A stretch of 64,000 nucleotides of DNA from Candidatus Xenobia bacterium (GTDB taxonomy: Bacteria > Vulcanimicrobiota > Xenobia > Xenobiales > QWHO01): contig BTUM01000008.1 of assembly GCA_045863235.1 (NCBI GenBank), positions 72,767-136,766 of the forward strand, in the 5' to 3' direction. Under the pieces are notes generated by a model. It saw only the letters and a list, made by a program, of their open reading frames with translations, was not told where the DNA came from and made no database searches. This document shows positions 1-10,259 of the stretch, in pieces. Made by a program: the position numbers and the translations under genes. The first letter of the stretch is position 1, and every line of letters begins with the position of its first letter.

Positions 1-234
1 GCGCTCGAGCAGCCCCTGGGCGAGATCGTGGCGGGTCTGCGTCAGGTGCTCGAACGCACCCCTCCCGAGCTCTCGGGAGACGTCTACGAGAGGGGGATCG
101 TGCTCACCGGTGGAGCGGCCCGGTTGGTAGGGCTGGACACGATGCTGGAGCGGCTCCTGGGCGTCAAGGTGCGGGTGGCCGACCAGCCCGAGGACTGCGT
201 GGCCCTGGGAGCCTGTCGACTGGCCTCGGGATAG
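1..234 (+). CDS. mreB: Rod shape-determining protein MreB/Mbl, C-terminal fragment (5' end outside window)
   Basis: Frame open from base 1: ...VLERTPPELSGDVYERGIVLTGGAARLVGLD...VADQPEDCVALG, the typical MreB C-terminus. Confidence 0.85.
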   Translation, partial: ALEQPLGEIVAGLRQVLERTPPELSGDVYERGIVLTGGAARLVGLDTMLERLLGVKVRVADQPEDCVALGACRLASG

Positions 235-1014
235 TCAGCCGCCGAGTTGGTCCAGGCGCTGCTGCAGCTGACGGACCTGCTCCTCCAGGGCCTCGGCTCG
301 GAGGCGCTCGGCGTCGGTCCGTTCTCGCTCGGCCACAGCCCGCTCTCGCTCGGCATCGGCCCGCTCTCGCTCGGCATCGGCCCGCTCTCGCTCGGCTTCG
401 GCCCGCTCTCGCTCGGCTTCGGCCCGCTCTCGCTCGGCCATGACAATCGACCTCGCCTCCTCGATCGACAGGTAGGGAGCCCCCGTGGTGAGGTTCACCA
501 GACGCAAGAACTCTCGCTCCACGACGATATCGAGCCCGAGAAGCTCGCTTCGATAGCTCCCCTGAGTCACCACGGGGACCAATTCCTGGCCTTCCCGGCG
601 GTAGACCCGAAACTGGCCCGGCAAATACTCGCCCAGCGGGTCGAACAAAAAGTATTCCTGCACGCCCATCTCGGAGTAACGAATCCGCTTGGCGTGTTGA
701 TCAGTCTTGCGCGAGGTACGCGAGGTGACCTCGAAGACCGCCACCGGAGGCCCACCGTCGAGCCAGGTTCGGAAGACGCGTCGTTTCTCGTGGCTGCACC
801 CGAAGGCGACGAAAACGTCCGGTGATACCTTGCGGTCGCGATTGCCGGGCTGATCATACACGAACATGTTGGAGAAAGCCCAGGCATCGGGCCGCTCGGC
901 GAAGTGGGCCCGCAAAGCTCCCAAAAGGTAGTGAATGGCCACCACATGCCAGTCGGACTCGGTCACCGTGTCCTCGTAGTAAGGGTAGAACTCCTCCTGG
1001 TCAGGTGCGAGCAT
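235..1014 (-). CDS. Uma2/DUF820 family PD-(D/E)xK endonuclease-like protein with coiled-coil tail
   Basis: ESDWH, SPDVFV, VFEVTS, K..Y..MGVQEYFLFDP motifs; AERERAE heptad tail; SD-like AGAGGTG upstream. Confidence 0.85.
   Translation of the reverse strand: MLAPDQEEFYPYYEDTVTESDWHVVAIHYLLGALRAHFAERPDAWAFSNMFVYDQPGNRDRKVSPDVFVAFGCSHEKRRVFRTWLDGGPPVAVFEVTSRTSRKTDQHAKRIRYSEMGVQEYFLFDPLGEYLPGQFRVYRREGQELVPVVTQGSYRSELLGLDIVVEREFLRLVNLTTGAPYLSIEEARSIVMAERERAEAERERAEAERERADAERERADAERERAVAERERTDAERLRAEALEEQVRQLQQRLDQLGG
316..438. repeat. 21-bp coding tandem repeat, about 6 copies (AERERA[E/D] heptads)
   Basis: Unit ggcccgctctcgctcggc(a/t)tc, read directly at 337, 358, 379, 400 and 421, with a degenerate copy at 316. 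Confidence 0.9.
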
Positions 1015-1151
1015 GGTTCACCTCTTGATTGGATTCGACCAGAGAGGGGGAATATCCCCGAGTGGGTCTGTGAAGCCAAAGGAAGATCCTTTGAGGGAGG
1101 GGGCTCGACGCCTCTGGTCAGCCCGAGTGGACAGCGGTTCTTGAATTACCC

Positions 1152-2798
1152 TCAGATTCCTGCTCCCCCCGGCTGGCGGCTGCTGGCCACCAGAACGAAC
1201 AGAAAGAGCGCGCAGGCAACCAGCAGGTTCAGCCAGCGATTCTTGACCAGGATCTCGTCGGCAGCGGCCAGGGCGGTGTCAGCCGGCACCTCGTAGACAA
1301 GCAAAAAGCCGTCCACCGGCAGGTTGGCTCCCACCACATCCTGACCTGCCTCGTTGACATAGCGGCTGACGGCGGGCAACTCCTCCCGGCCGGGCAGAGT
1401 TAGCCGGAAACCCTCTGCCAGCCGATCTTCCAGCCTGGAGCGAGGAAGGACCCCGGCCAAAAAGCGATTCGGGTCGGGCCTGGCAGCGACCAGCAGGAAA
1501 TGATCTCCGGGGGGCATCAGCACCTTCCCGCTGGGAGCGCCCAGCGGAGCGCTCCAGGGTGTGAGCGACTGGAGCACGTTCCCCGAGCTGTCGAGCAGCA
1601 ACAGGTTCTCGAAACCCTCGACCGCCTCGAGAGGAGCCTGGCTCTGCGCCAGGCGATTGAGCGCTTCGCGGTAGGGTGAGAGCTCGCGAAGCAGCTCGCT
1701 GCGGGCCATCTGGCACACCTGCTGGACGCGGTGCTTGACCTCCACGGCCAGTAGGGTACGCGTCTTCAGGGTCAGATAAGTGTTCACGAAGAGCGGAAAA
1801 AAAGCCAGCAGCAAGAGGCTCAAGGCTACCAGGGGTCGGGCCAGGAAGCGCTCCAGGCGGTAGCGTCGGGTCCAGGGCCGCCGGCAGAGCAGCGGCTCGC
1901 GAGCCTGCCAGCGTTGCAGGTCGTCCACCACCTCGTGCATCGAGGGGGTGCGCGAGATGGGATCGACCCGAAGGCAGCATTCGAGGATGCAGGCCAGCTC
2001 CGGGTCGACCTCCGGGCGAAGCTCGCGCACCGGCGTAAGAGACCTGGAGGTGAGCAGCTTCTTGTAGAGGTCCAGTTGCTCCAGAGTGTTGGCGCTGGAG
2101 CGCAGCGAGGCCTGGTCTTCCTCTGACAACCGCGGGTAGCGCTCGGTCAAGAGCGCGTAACAAGTCGCCCCGAAGCTGTAGACGTCCCAGGAAACGTCAG
2201 GCACCGCCTCGGCTCGCACCTGCTCAGGAGGCATGAAGCCGAGGGTTCCAAAGGCCGCGCTCCTCTCGCTCTGGCTGCGCGACTGGCCAAAATCGGACAG
2301 GCGAACCCTTTGCTCTTCGTCGAGCAAAACATTGGACGGCTTCAAGTCACAGTGCAACACGCCCTTGTCGTGCAGGTAGCGAAGGGCGGTGGCCAGCTGC
2401 TGGATCCAGCTGACGGCCGTCTTGAGCGGGGGGCGCAGCTCGTTATCGAGAGAGCGCGCGAGCAGTGGCATGACGTAGAAGGGAGGATCATGCTCCAGGT
2501 CGGCATCCAACAAGCTGACCACGAAGGGATGACTGGCCACCTCGCGCAAACGGGCGACCTCCAGCCTGAGGTAATCAAAATCCAGGCCGGAGCGTCGAAA
2601 GAACTTGATCGCCACGTGTTGACCGGTGCGCAGCTGCACCGCTGCCCACACCTCACCGAACGAGCCTACGCCCAGCCGACACTCCAGCCGATAGCCCGGC
2701 GGCGTAGCCGGCGTTTCCCCCGATTCGGTACGGGCCTGCTCGAGCTGATCGGGAGCCTGAACGACAGTGGCCTCCGGAGGCGGGTCGTCGGGGAGCAT
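1152..2798 (-). CDS. Membrane Ser/Thr protein kinase (Hanks type, non-RD) with extracytoplasmic domain between two TM helices
   Basis: GVGSFGEV, VAIK, HCDLKPSN, DFG, GTLGFMPPE, DVYSFG; hydrophobic segments near residue 325 and at the C-terminus. Confidence 0.9.
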   Translation of the reverse strand: MLPDDPPPEATVVQAPDQLEQARTESGETPATPPGYRLECRLGVGSFGEVWAAVQLRTGQHVAIKFFRRSGLDFDYLRLEVARLREVASHPFVVSLLDADLEHDPPFYVMPLLARSLDNELRPPLKTAVSWIQQLATALRYLHDKGVLHCDLKPSNVLLDEEQRVRLSDFGQSRSQSERSAAFGTLGFMPPEQVRAEAVPDVSWDVYSFGATCYALLTERYPRLSEEDQASLRSSANTLEQLDLYKKLLTSRSLTPVRELRPEVDPELACILECCLRVDPISRTPSMHEVVDDLQRWQAREPLLCRRPWTRRYRLERFLARPLVALSLLLLAFFPLFVNTYLTLKTRTLLAVEVKHRVQQVCQMARSELLRELSPYREALNRLAQSQAPLEAVEGFENLLLLDSSGNVLQSLTPWSAPLGAPSGKVLMPPGDHFLLVAARPDPNRFLAGVLPRSRLEDRLAEGFRLTLPGREELPAVSRYVNEAGQDVVGANLPVDGFLLVYEVPADTALAAADEILVKNRWLNLLVACALFLFVLVASSRQPGGAGI

Positions 2799-2871
2799 GC
2801 CAGCCGATTCCCCTCCGGCAGGGGGTCGTCCTTTTCAGACCAGCTTCAGGCTGCTTTGCTAACATCTGGTC

Positions 2872-3528
2872 ATGCAGATGGCCAGTATCGGGGTGGCGTC
2901 TCATTTGCCGATGACCCGCCCGGGGGCGAGCTACTCGCCACCGGAAGGGAAACTCATCCAGGAGACCTTTTCCTCCCTGGAATCCCCCGAAGATCTCCCC
3001 CGCGCTCTGGCGGCCCTGAAGTCGCTGGGCCAGACCTCAGATGAGCAGTTGAGCAAGCTCGTGCACGTGACCCTTTCGGCCGTGGTGGCGGCGGGCGGCG
3101 CCGGTCCGCTGGCTCTGGCTCTCTGCAAGGCAGCCTTCTCGGCCCTGCAAGAGCCCGGCCTCAAACCCGCCACCCTGGCCGCCCGCCTGGCCGCACCCCT
3201 GACCAGGAGCGAGCAGAACCCCGTGATGGAGGCCATCGCCCGGGCCGTCACCCCCTTCTACGGCATGGCTCCTGGCACCCAGAAGCTGGTGGATGACGTG
3301 CACCTGTTCCTCAGCCCCATCCACGACGGCGCCGATGGCAACGACCCGGCGGGGCGGATCAAGTGCGTCCGGGGCAGCCTGGAGAAGCTGAGCGAGCTCG
3401 ACGACGACCGGTCCTATGCCGGCTACCTCTGCCGCGAGAGCCGCGACGGTGCCGGTGGTGGCCAGGTCGGCGAGCTGGCCGGCCGGGCCTTCGTAGGCGG
3501 GGTACTGGTCCGCCGCCGAGCCAGCTGA
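2872..3528 (+). CDS. Hypothetical protein with C-terminal VGGVLVRRR tag
   Basis: Fills the gap between the kinase and tamB with GC3-rich codon usage; no family recognised. Confidence 0.65.
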   Translation: MQMASIGVASHLPMTRPGASYSPPEGKLIQETFSSLESPEDLPRALAALKSLGQTSDEQLSKLVHVTLSAVVAAGGAGPLALALCKAAFSALQEPGLKPATLAARLAAPLTRSEQNPVMEAIARAVTPFYGMAPGTQKLVDDVHLFLSPIHDGADGNDPAGRIKCVRGSLEKLSELDDDRSYAGYLCRESRDGAGGGQVGELAGRAFVGGVLVRRRAS

Positions 3529-3692
3529 CCTGCAGGAAGAGTTCACCGACGACTCTACCGGAGAACCTGATATGAGCGTACGGCGGATCCTGAGCCGCAT
3601 TCAATTTTTTTGCCAGAAACCCTGACAAATGCAGGACTCGCGCCCACTGTAAGGGAAGGGCAACCAGAATTCCTCTGCGGATTCGCCCGATC

Positions 3693-6600
3693 ATGCGTCC
3701 TCATGCCGCGCGGCTACGAAGGTTCGTTCTCCGGGCCCTGACCCTCGGACTGGCTCTGGGAGTCGTGGCCCTGCTGCTGCTTTTCCTCTTCTTCACGCCT
3801 TTGGTGCGCATGGCTCTGGGCCCACTGACGCGAGAACTGGACGGCCGTCTCGTCTTCGACCGGGCCCGGCCTGGTCTGGGCGAGATCGTGCTGGACAACC
3901 TGCGAGTCGAGTCCAGGCAAGACGGCCTGGTGCTGGAGGCCTCCAGCTTGCAGGTCGGCCTGCACCCCCTGGCCTACCTCTCCAGCGGTGACGGGGCCGC
4001 CCTGGTAGGCGACATCCGCGTCCACAAGCCGGTGCTGACCCTGCGCGTCGACTCTGATGGGGTACTCAACCTCAGCCGGCTGTTCCGCCCCCGTCCCCCC
4101 GGTCGTCCCTGGCTGGCGCGCTACCGGGGTCGCATCCAGGTCACGGACGGCACCAGCTTTTACCGTGATGAGCGGCGTAACCTGTTCGTCTACCAGGCGG
4201 GCTTCCAAGGTTTGCTGCAGACGGCCGGGTCGAATCCAATGGCAACCCTCGAGCTGACCGTGCAACCGGTCCAGCAGCTGCCGGGAGAGCTCAAGCTGAC
4301 CGGTTCCCTGGGCCGGGAGGCTCCCGTCCTCGCTCTGCGCCTCCTCGTGGAGAACCTCGAGCTGAAGCCCTTCTCCGGATACCCGGGCCTGCAGGGCCTG
4401 GCCAGCCTTTCCGGGGGCCAGCTCGACGGCGACCTCCAGGTAGCCGGCCGCGCGAGCAGTTTCGCCGGCCTTCCCAGGGCTCTCTCCTGGTCGGGCAGCC
4501 TCCGACTGGCGAGCGGCGCGCTCAGCGCCAATGCCCTTCCCTGGCCGCTCGAGCAACTGAACGGTCAGGCAACCCTGATGGGCAACGCGTTGCACCTGGA
4601 ATCCTTCCGGGGGCAAGCCGACGGCACGCCATTCCAGGTGCGCGGCGACGTTTTCCTACCTCCCCGACTGTGGCTCGATCTGCAAGCCGACTTCCCCAGA
4701 ATCCAGGCCCACCGTCTGCGTGAGCTGATCCCCCGGGCTCCGGAGCTGAAAGGCGAAGCCCGACTCGAGCTTTCCCTCGAGGGCTCGAGTCGCAATCCCG
4801 AGCTACGAGGCACGGTTCGCTCGGCCCACCTTGGCAACGGAGAGCAAGAGCTGCACGATCTCGATCTCAGCTTCCGCCTCTCCGAGCGCCTGCTGGAGGT
4901 GGAGCAGGCCAGCGCCAGGGCGGCTGGAGGGCAGCTCTGGGGCAGCGGGTTCGTATTCCTCGATCAGAAGGCCTTGCTGCTCGAGCTGGGCGGCGATCAC
5001 GCCTCTCTCCAGGAGCTATCCCCTGACCTGAAAGGCCAGGCCAGCTTCCAGGCCTCGGTGCTGGGAACCCTGGCCGAGCCAATGGTCCAGGGCTCAGCTG
5101 AGGTGCTGGCCTTCCAGGGGCTGGGCCAGGTGCTCGACTCGGCCCACACCAACTTCTTCTTCGGCGCGGATACGCTGCTTTTGCGCTCGGCCACGGTGGC
5201 CCGAGGCGGCACCGAGATCCGCCTTCCGGGCGCTTACCTCGACTTCAAGGACGGCTACCTCGCCGCCGGGGTGGAAGCCGAGCAGGTGGCCTTCCCGCCC
5301 CTGACCATTCGGGGGCGCAAGCTGACCGGCAGCCTGAGCGGCAAGGGAATGCTCTGGGGGCTCTGGAACAAGCCTTCCGAGCTGACTGCTCGAGGGACGC
5401 TGCGCGGCTCGAGCCTGGCCATGAGCGGCCACGAGCTGAGCGACCTGGCCGGCGCCTTCCTCCTGTCCGGCGGGCGGCTCTATTTCCCTCACCTGAACGG
5501 ACGCATCGAGCAGGGCCAGGTGGAAGTGGCTGGCAGCTATGGCCTCAAGGGCCAGGACAGTCGCCTGGCCATGCACGGCACCGACCTGCCGGGACGAATC
5601 TTGCACGACCTGCTGGCCCTGCCGCTCACCTTCACCTCCCCGATCCAGGCCCGGCTCCTCTACGTCGACACCGGGCCGGACTGGTTCGAAGCCGTGGCCG
5701 GCAACCATGAGGGCCGGCTGGCCACTGAAGGCGTGCGGCGTCAGGATGAATCGCTTGAGGCGATGGTCTGGGCCGATCAGGTCGACCTGCGCGTGCTGGG
5801 TATGCCGGCCTTCCACCGGGTGGCCGAGGAGTTCACCGGACTGGTCGGATTGGAAGGCCCGGCCCGAGCCTTCTCCTTCATCGCCAGCGGCGAGTTGGCG
5901 GGCCCCCAACTGGGCCTGACCAGCCCGGTCGAGCTGAACACCTGGGGAAAGCGCCAGGGCACCGTGCTGAAGCTCGAGCAGGGTTATCTCGCCTGGGATT
6001 ATCCCCCCACCCGCTCGGTGGCCACCACCGGCGTGCACGGCCAGGCCTACCCCTTCCCCGGCCCGATCTTCGCCCCCCCGCTGCACAAGGTCAGCCTGGG
6101 GGAATTCTCCACCCCCACCTGGGGCCTGCTGAGCTTGCGCGGCACCATCGACCTGGCTGCCCGCCAGGTGGATCTGCGCTACAAGGCTCAAGACATCGAG
6201 CTGGGCTGGCTGGCCTCTCGCCCCTGGCTGGACAGGCGGCGCACCCTGAACCAGGCTCTGGACCATCACGTGGCTGCCGGCGTGGGCGACGCCACCGGCA
6301 CGGTACGCGGCTCCTTCGCCATCCCCACGGTCACGGGTCAGGTTGATCTACCCTGGATGGCCCTGGAGGGCGGGCAGGTCTACTCGGCCCGCGGGCGACT
6401 GAGCGGCAACCGCCGCCAGATGGCCTTCGAGCCCCTCTGGGTGAGCGCCCACCCCTTCGATTCCCGCCTGGGCCGTGGGCCCGGGGAAGACCTGATGGAG
6501 GTGCGCGGGCGGGTGGCCTTCGACTCGAAAGCGCCCTCCGAGCTCACGTTCAGCACCCGTGGCTTTGATGCGCCCCGGGCGGTGGCTCTCCTGCCCGAGC

Positions 6601-9452
6601 GATTCTCAACGCCCTTTGGTCGCCTCTACGGACAGGTCTCCTTCGATCGGCTGCGCCTGACCGGCCCCCTGTCGCGACCGGCCATGGCCGGTCAGTTGCA
6701 GATGCGCCGCGGAGGTCTGCCGCTGCAGGATCGAATCTTCCCGCTCGACAGCCTGCTCGTCGACTTCAAGAGCCAGGCAGGCGAGTTCGCCATCTCGCGC
6801 CTGGAGCTCGAGTCCGGCCAGTTGCGCATGCTGGGCAGCGGGAACCGTACCGCCTCGGGCGACTACGTGGCCCAGCTCTACTCGCACGACGTGCCGATGA
6901 GCTACTTCCACGGCCTGGGCGCACCCTTCACGGCCCTGAGCGGCAGCGCCGACCTGACCTTGCGGCTGCAGACCCGGGGCCGGCAGCCGGTCGCCTACCT
7001 GGGCCTGGAGTCCGACCAGCTCGCCTGGAGCCCGTCAGCCCTGACAGGACTGCCGGGCAACTCCATGCTGCTCGACCAGGTGCGTCTGGGCGGCCTGCAG
7101 CGCAACGCCGATGGCACCCTCTCCACGGGCTCGGGCCACGGGATCGAGCTGGCCTGGAGCGGCACCCGCGCCACCCTGGACATTCCACCCGACTCGCTCG
7201 GTTTCCAGACGGACGGAGCCAGCTTCACGGCCCAGGGCTCGGTCAGCTTCCAGCCGCTAAAGCCCGACGACCGGCTCTCCGACTGGTTCAAGTCGCCCGC
7301 CGGGCCCGATTTCGGGCCACTGGGCACGGGGCCATTCCAGGCCCGCATGGAGAATTTTACCATGAGCCAGCTGGCTGGCCTGCTCGGCCTGACCACCGAC
7401 CTGGAGGGCCAGCTGAGCGGCACGGTCAGCCTGGAAGGCCAGTGGTACCGCGACCTGGAGACCCTGGGTGTCAGTCGGCTGCCCCAGTACGGCTTCGAGG
7501 TGCGCTCGCTGGAGCTGGCTCGCCAGCTCCAGGAGAGGCGGCTGGCTCTGAGTCTGGACGGTCCGGCCACCCTGAGCTTCGGGCGCGAGGGACCCAATGC
7601 CGTGCTGAGCCTGAGCCCGACCCGCCTCAAGGCCAACGGCGGGTTCCTGGAGGCGATGGGCCAGCTGGTGCTGGCAGGCAACAAGGACAGCAGCCTGACC
7701 GCGACGGTGCGGGACATGCCCCTGGAAGCCCTGGCCTGGTTGTATCCCACCGCGGCCACGGTGCGGGGCCACGTGGAGCAGCTCGACCTGAAGCTGCAGG
7801 GCCTCCTGCCCACGCCCGATCTGGATGTTTCTTTCCGAGCGGTGCGCGAGAGCGAACTGGTCAAGGGCGTCGAGCTCTCTCTGGCCGGCCAGGTGAGCGG
7901 CCGCCCCCAGAGCAACGGCAGCTACCTGGTCGACTTCGGCTCGCCTGGGGCCATTCTCACCATCGGCTCCGCCGTGCGAGCGGCCGAGCACCTGACACTG
8001 GGAGGCCAGGTCCCCCTGCGCTGGGTGCGCGAAGCGGCCAACCTGCCGGACCGGCTCAACTGGGCCTGGGACGGGCTGCGCCTGCGTAGCGACGGGGAAA
8101 TGAGCCTCTCGGCCCACATCGAGGACCAGAACATGCAGCTTCTGGACACAATCCTGCCCCAGGTATCCCAGGCCTCGGGCAAGGTGCAGGGGCGACTCGA
8201 CCTGACCGGCACCCTGGAGCTTCCCAAGGTGCAGGGAGGGCTGAGCATCGAGAACGCCAGTCTCTCAACCAGCCTGTTCCCCCAGCCGATTACCAACCTG
8301 AACGTGCAGACACGATTCGAGCAGATCCGTCCTGAAGAGGCCGAGGTGGTGGCTGGCGGCGAGAGCTATCAGGGGATGTTCCGCAGCCGCTACTCCATTG
8401 ACCGCTTCGACGGCCTGATCGGCGGCCATCCGTTCCAGGTGACCGGCAAGGCCGAGTTGGCCGGCTTCGAGCCCACCTTCCTCAACCTGGGCCTGACCGG
8501 CCAGGGTATCCCCCTGCAGCAGGAGCGCTTCCAGGGCACCGCCGACGTGGCCCTCACCCTGGAGGCCCGCCCCGGCCGGACCCGGGAGAATCCCAACCTG
8601 AGTCTCATCCCGGTGGTCACGGGGCAAGTCAACCTGCCATCCGGCGATCTCACCTTGCAGCTCAGCGATGCCCAGCAGGAGCTGAGCACCTACCGACTGC
8701 CCCTGCGCTACGACGTGGACCTGGTTCTGGGGGACAACTTCTGGGTGCACGTGGGCGACTCGCGCGTGCGCGCCCAGGGCAACCTGAAGCTGCAGCCCGA
8801 CTCGGTCACCCGGGCACCCGTGCTCTCGGGACAGGCCTTTTTGTCTCGGGGCCTGTTGCAGATCCCCTTCTACAACGTGAGCTTCAACATTCGCCAGGGT
8901 TGGGCTTACTGGGATCGCAGCCTGATCCCGACGCTCGAGAACGTGGAAGCGGATACCACCATCGGCGGCTACCAGATCATGGCCCGCATCGACGGCCAGT
9001 ATCCCAACCTGAAGCTGGACCTGTTCTCCAACCCGCCCCTGGCCCAGAACCAGCTGCTGCGGATGGTGGCTGTCAGCGGCCTGCCCGGCGGAGGCAGCGA
9101 GGTGGGCTCGACCAGCATCCCGATGGACAACTTCCTGCAGGCCCAGGGGTTGGCGGTGCTCTCGGGATTGATCGCCAGCCCGATCACCCAGCAGATCAGC
9201 AAGGTGCTCTTCTTGTCGGAGGTCAGCTTCGACTACCAGCTGCCGGCCACGTACGTGGTCAAACTGGCCAAGGCGCTCGACTCCTACGACCGCGTTCTGC
9301 TGACGCTGACCCGCATCCTGTACGGCAATGGTCTTGCCGAGAGTCTCTACGGGCTGGAGTGGCGCTTTCAGCCCAACCTGCTGACCCGGGTGGCCATGGA
9401 CGACCTGGGGGGGATGCGCTTCTGGTTCCAGGGAATCTTCAGCTGGTGGTAG
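3693..9452 (+). CDS. tamB: TamB/AsmA-like (DUF490) bridge protein, 1919 aa
   Basis: N-terminal TM anchor, long Gly/hydrophobic beta-strand repeats, C-terminal DUF490-like region (LDLFSNPPLAQNQLL), aromatic C-terminus. Confidence 0.75.
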   Translation: MRPHAARLRRFVLRALTLGLALGVVALLLLFLFFTPLVRMALGPLTRELDGRLVFDRARPGLGEIVLDNLRVESRQDGLVLEASSLQVGLHPLAYLSSGDGAALVGDIRVHKPVLTLRVDSDGVLNLSRLFRPRPPGRPWLARYRGRIQVTDGTSFYRDERRNLFVYQAGFQGLLQTAGSNPMATLELTVQPVQQLPGELKLTGSLGREAPVLALRLLVENLELKPFSGYPGLQGLASLSGGQLDGDLQVAGRASSFAGLPRALSWSGSLRLASGALSANALPWPLEQLNGQATLMGNALHLESFRGQADGTPFQVRGDVFLPPRLWLDLQADFPRIQAHRLRELIPRAPELKGEARLELSLEGSSRNPELRGTVRSAHLGNGEQELHDLDLSFRLSERLLEVEQASARAAGGQLWGSGFVFLDQKALLLELGGDHASLQELSPDLKGQASFQASVLGTLAEPMVQGSAEVLAFQGLGQVLDSAHTNFFFGADTLLLRSATVARGGTEIRLPGAYLDFKDGYLAAGVEAEQVAFPPLTIRGRKLTGSLSGKGMLWGLWNKPSELTARGTLRGSSLAMSGHELSDLAGAFLLSGGRLYFPHLNGRIEQGQVEVAGSYGLKGQDSRLAMHGTDLPGRILHDLLALPLTFTSPIQARLLYVDTGPDWFEAVAGNHEGRLATEGVRRQDESLEAMVWADQVDLRVLGMPAFHRVAEEFTGLVGLEGPARAFSFIASGELAGPQLGLTSPVELNTWGKRQGTVLKLEQGYLAWDYPPTRSVATTGVHGQAYPFPGPIFAPPLHKVSLGEFSTPTWGLLSLRGTIDLAARQVDLRYKAQDIELGWLASRPWLDRRRTLNQALDHHVAAGVGDATGTVRGSFAIPTVTGQVDLPWMALEGGQVYSARGRLSGNRRQMAFEPLWVSAHPFDSRLGRGPGEDLMEVRGRVAFDSKAPSELTFSTRGFDAPRAVALLPERFSTPFGRLYGQVSFDRLRLTGPLSRPAMAGQLQMRRGGLPLQDRIFPLDSLLVDFKSQAGEFAISRLELESGQLRMLGSGNRTASGDYVAQLYSHDVPMSYFHGLGAPFTALSGSADLTLRLQTRGRQPVAYLGLESDQLAWSPSALTGLPGNSMLLDQVRLGGLQRNADGTLSTGSGHGIELAWSGTRATLDIPPDSLGFQTDGASFTAQGSVSFQPLKPDDRLSDWFKSPAGPDFGPLGTGPFQARMENFTMSQLAGLLGLTTDLEGQLSGTVSLEGQWYRDLETLGVSRLPQYGFEVRSLELARQLQERRLALSLDGPATLSFGREGPNAVLSLSPTRLKANGGFLEAMGQLVLAGNKDSSLTATVRDMPLEALAWLYPTAATVRGHVEQLDLKLQGLLPTPDLDVSFRAVRESELVKGVELSLAGQVSGRPQSNGSYLVDFGSPGAILTIGSAVRAAEHLTLGGQVPLRWVREAANLPDRLNWAWDGLRLRSDGEMSLSAHIEDQNMQLLDTILPQVSQASGKVQGRLDLTGTLELPKVQGGLSIENASLSTSLFPQPITNLNVQTRFEQIRPEEAEVVAGGESYQGMFRSRYSIDRFDGLIGGHPFQVTGKAELAGFEPTFLNLGLTGQGIPLQQERFQGTADVALTLEARPGRTRENPNLSLIPVVTGQVNLPSGDLTLQLSDAQQELSTYRLPLRYDVDLVLGDNFWVHVGDSRVRAQGNLKLQPDSVTRAPVLSGQAFLSRGLLQIPFYNVSFNIRQGWAYWDRSLIPTLENVEADTTIGGYQIMARIDGQYPNLKLDLFSNPPLAQNQLLRMVAVSGLPGGGSEVGSTSIPMDNFLQAQGLAVLSGLIASPITQQISKVLFLSEVSFDYQLPATYVVKLAKALDSYDRVLLTLTRILYGNGLAESLYGLEWRFQPNLLTRVAMDDLGGMRFWFQGIFSWW

Positions 9453-9500
9453 GGTTCCAGCCGCGTGCAACCGAACCTTGGCCGTGAGCGGAGGGTGCCC

Positions 9501-10259
9501 ATGATCGAAGGGGGTGCGGCAGAGGTCGAGCGCGACCTCGCCGCCGAACGAAGGCAGCTGGCACGGCGCAAGATCAAGGTCAAGAAGATCTTCGCCGCTG
9601 AGTTCACGCGCCCCGACGGGGTCAGCAAGAACTGCTTCGTGCACATCTACGACCTGCACGAAAGCGGCATGCGCATCCACTCCGACTTCTCGCTTCAAGA
9701 TGGCGAGGTCTTCCCGGTTCGCATGGCTCTGGACGAGCCCCTCGAGGTGCAGGTCGAGGTGGTCTGGCAGAAAGAGCTGATCGGCGGCATGCATGTTCTG
9801 GGGTTGAAGTTCACCGACCTGACCCGGGAACAGTCCACCCAGATCCAGCACTTCCTGGACAAGTACTCACCCGAGAACCGGCGCCGCAGCTACCGGCTCG
9901 ACCGCATCCTCGTGGTGGAGATGGTCCTGGGCTCGACGCGCCAGAAGTTCGGGGTCTTCACACTGGACCTGTCGGCCTCCGGCATGCGCATCACCCACGA
10001 GTTTCCGCTGCCGGAAGACGTGGAGATCCATTTCCGCATCCTGCTCGAGTATGATCAGGATCCCATCGAGGTAACCGCCCGGGTGCAATGGCAGAAGGAG
10101 AATGCCTTCGGGCAGTTCTTGATCGGGGTCGAGTTCATCGAGATCGGCAGCGAGGCACGCCTGCGGGTCGAGCGCTTCATCGATCGGGCCATGGCCGGCG
10201 AGCTCGGCCAGGCCACCATCAACACCCTGGAGAACTTCAGCGGGGACGGGCCGGCTTGA
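9501..10259 (+). CDS. Tandem PilZ domain protein (putative c-di-GMP receptor)
   Basis: ERRQLARR...DLHESG and RRRSYR...DLSASG (RxxxR and D/NxSxxG-like); SD GGAGGG before ATG 9501. Confidence 0.85.
   Translation: MIEGGAAEVERDLAAERRQLARRKIKVKKIFAAEFTRPDGVSKNCFVHIYDLHESGMRIHSDFSLQDGEVFPVRMALDEPLEVQVEVVWQKELIGGMHVLGLKFTDLTREQSTQIQHFLDKYSPENRRRSYRLDRILVVEMVLGSTRQKFGVFTLDLSASGMRITHEFPLPEDVEIHFRILLEYDQDPIEVTARVQWQKENAFGQFLIGVEFIEIGSEARLRVERFIDRAMAGELGQATINTLENFSGDGPA

Noticed and set aside
316..438. AERERAE repeat as a novelty
   Set aside because: Coiled-coil tails of this type are common on Uma2 proteins
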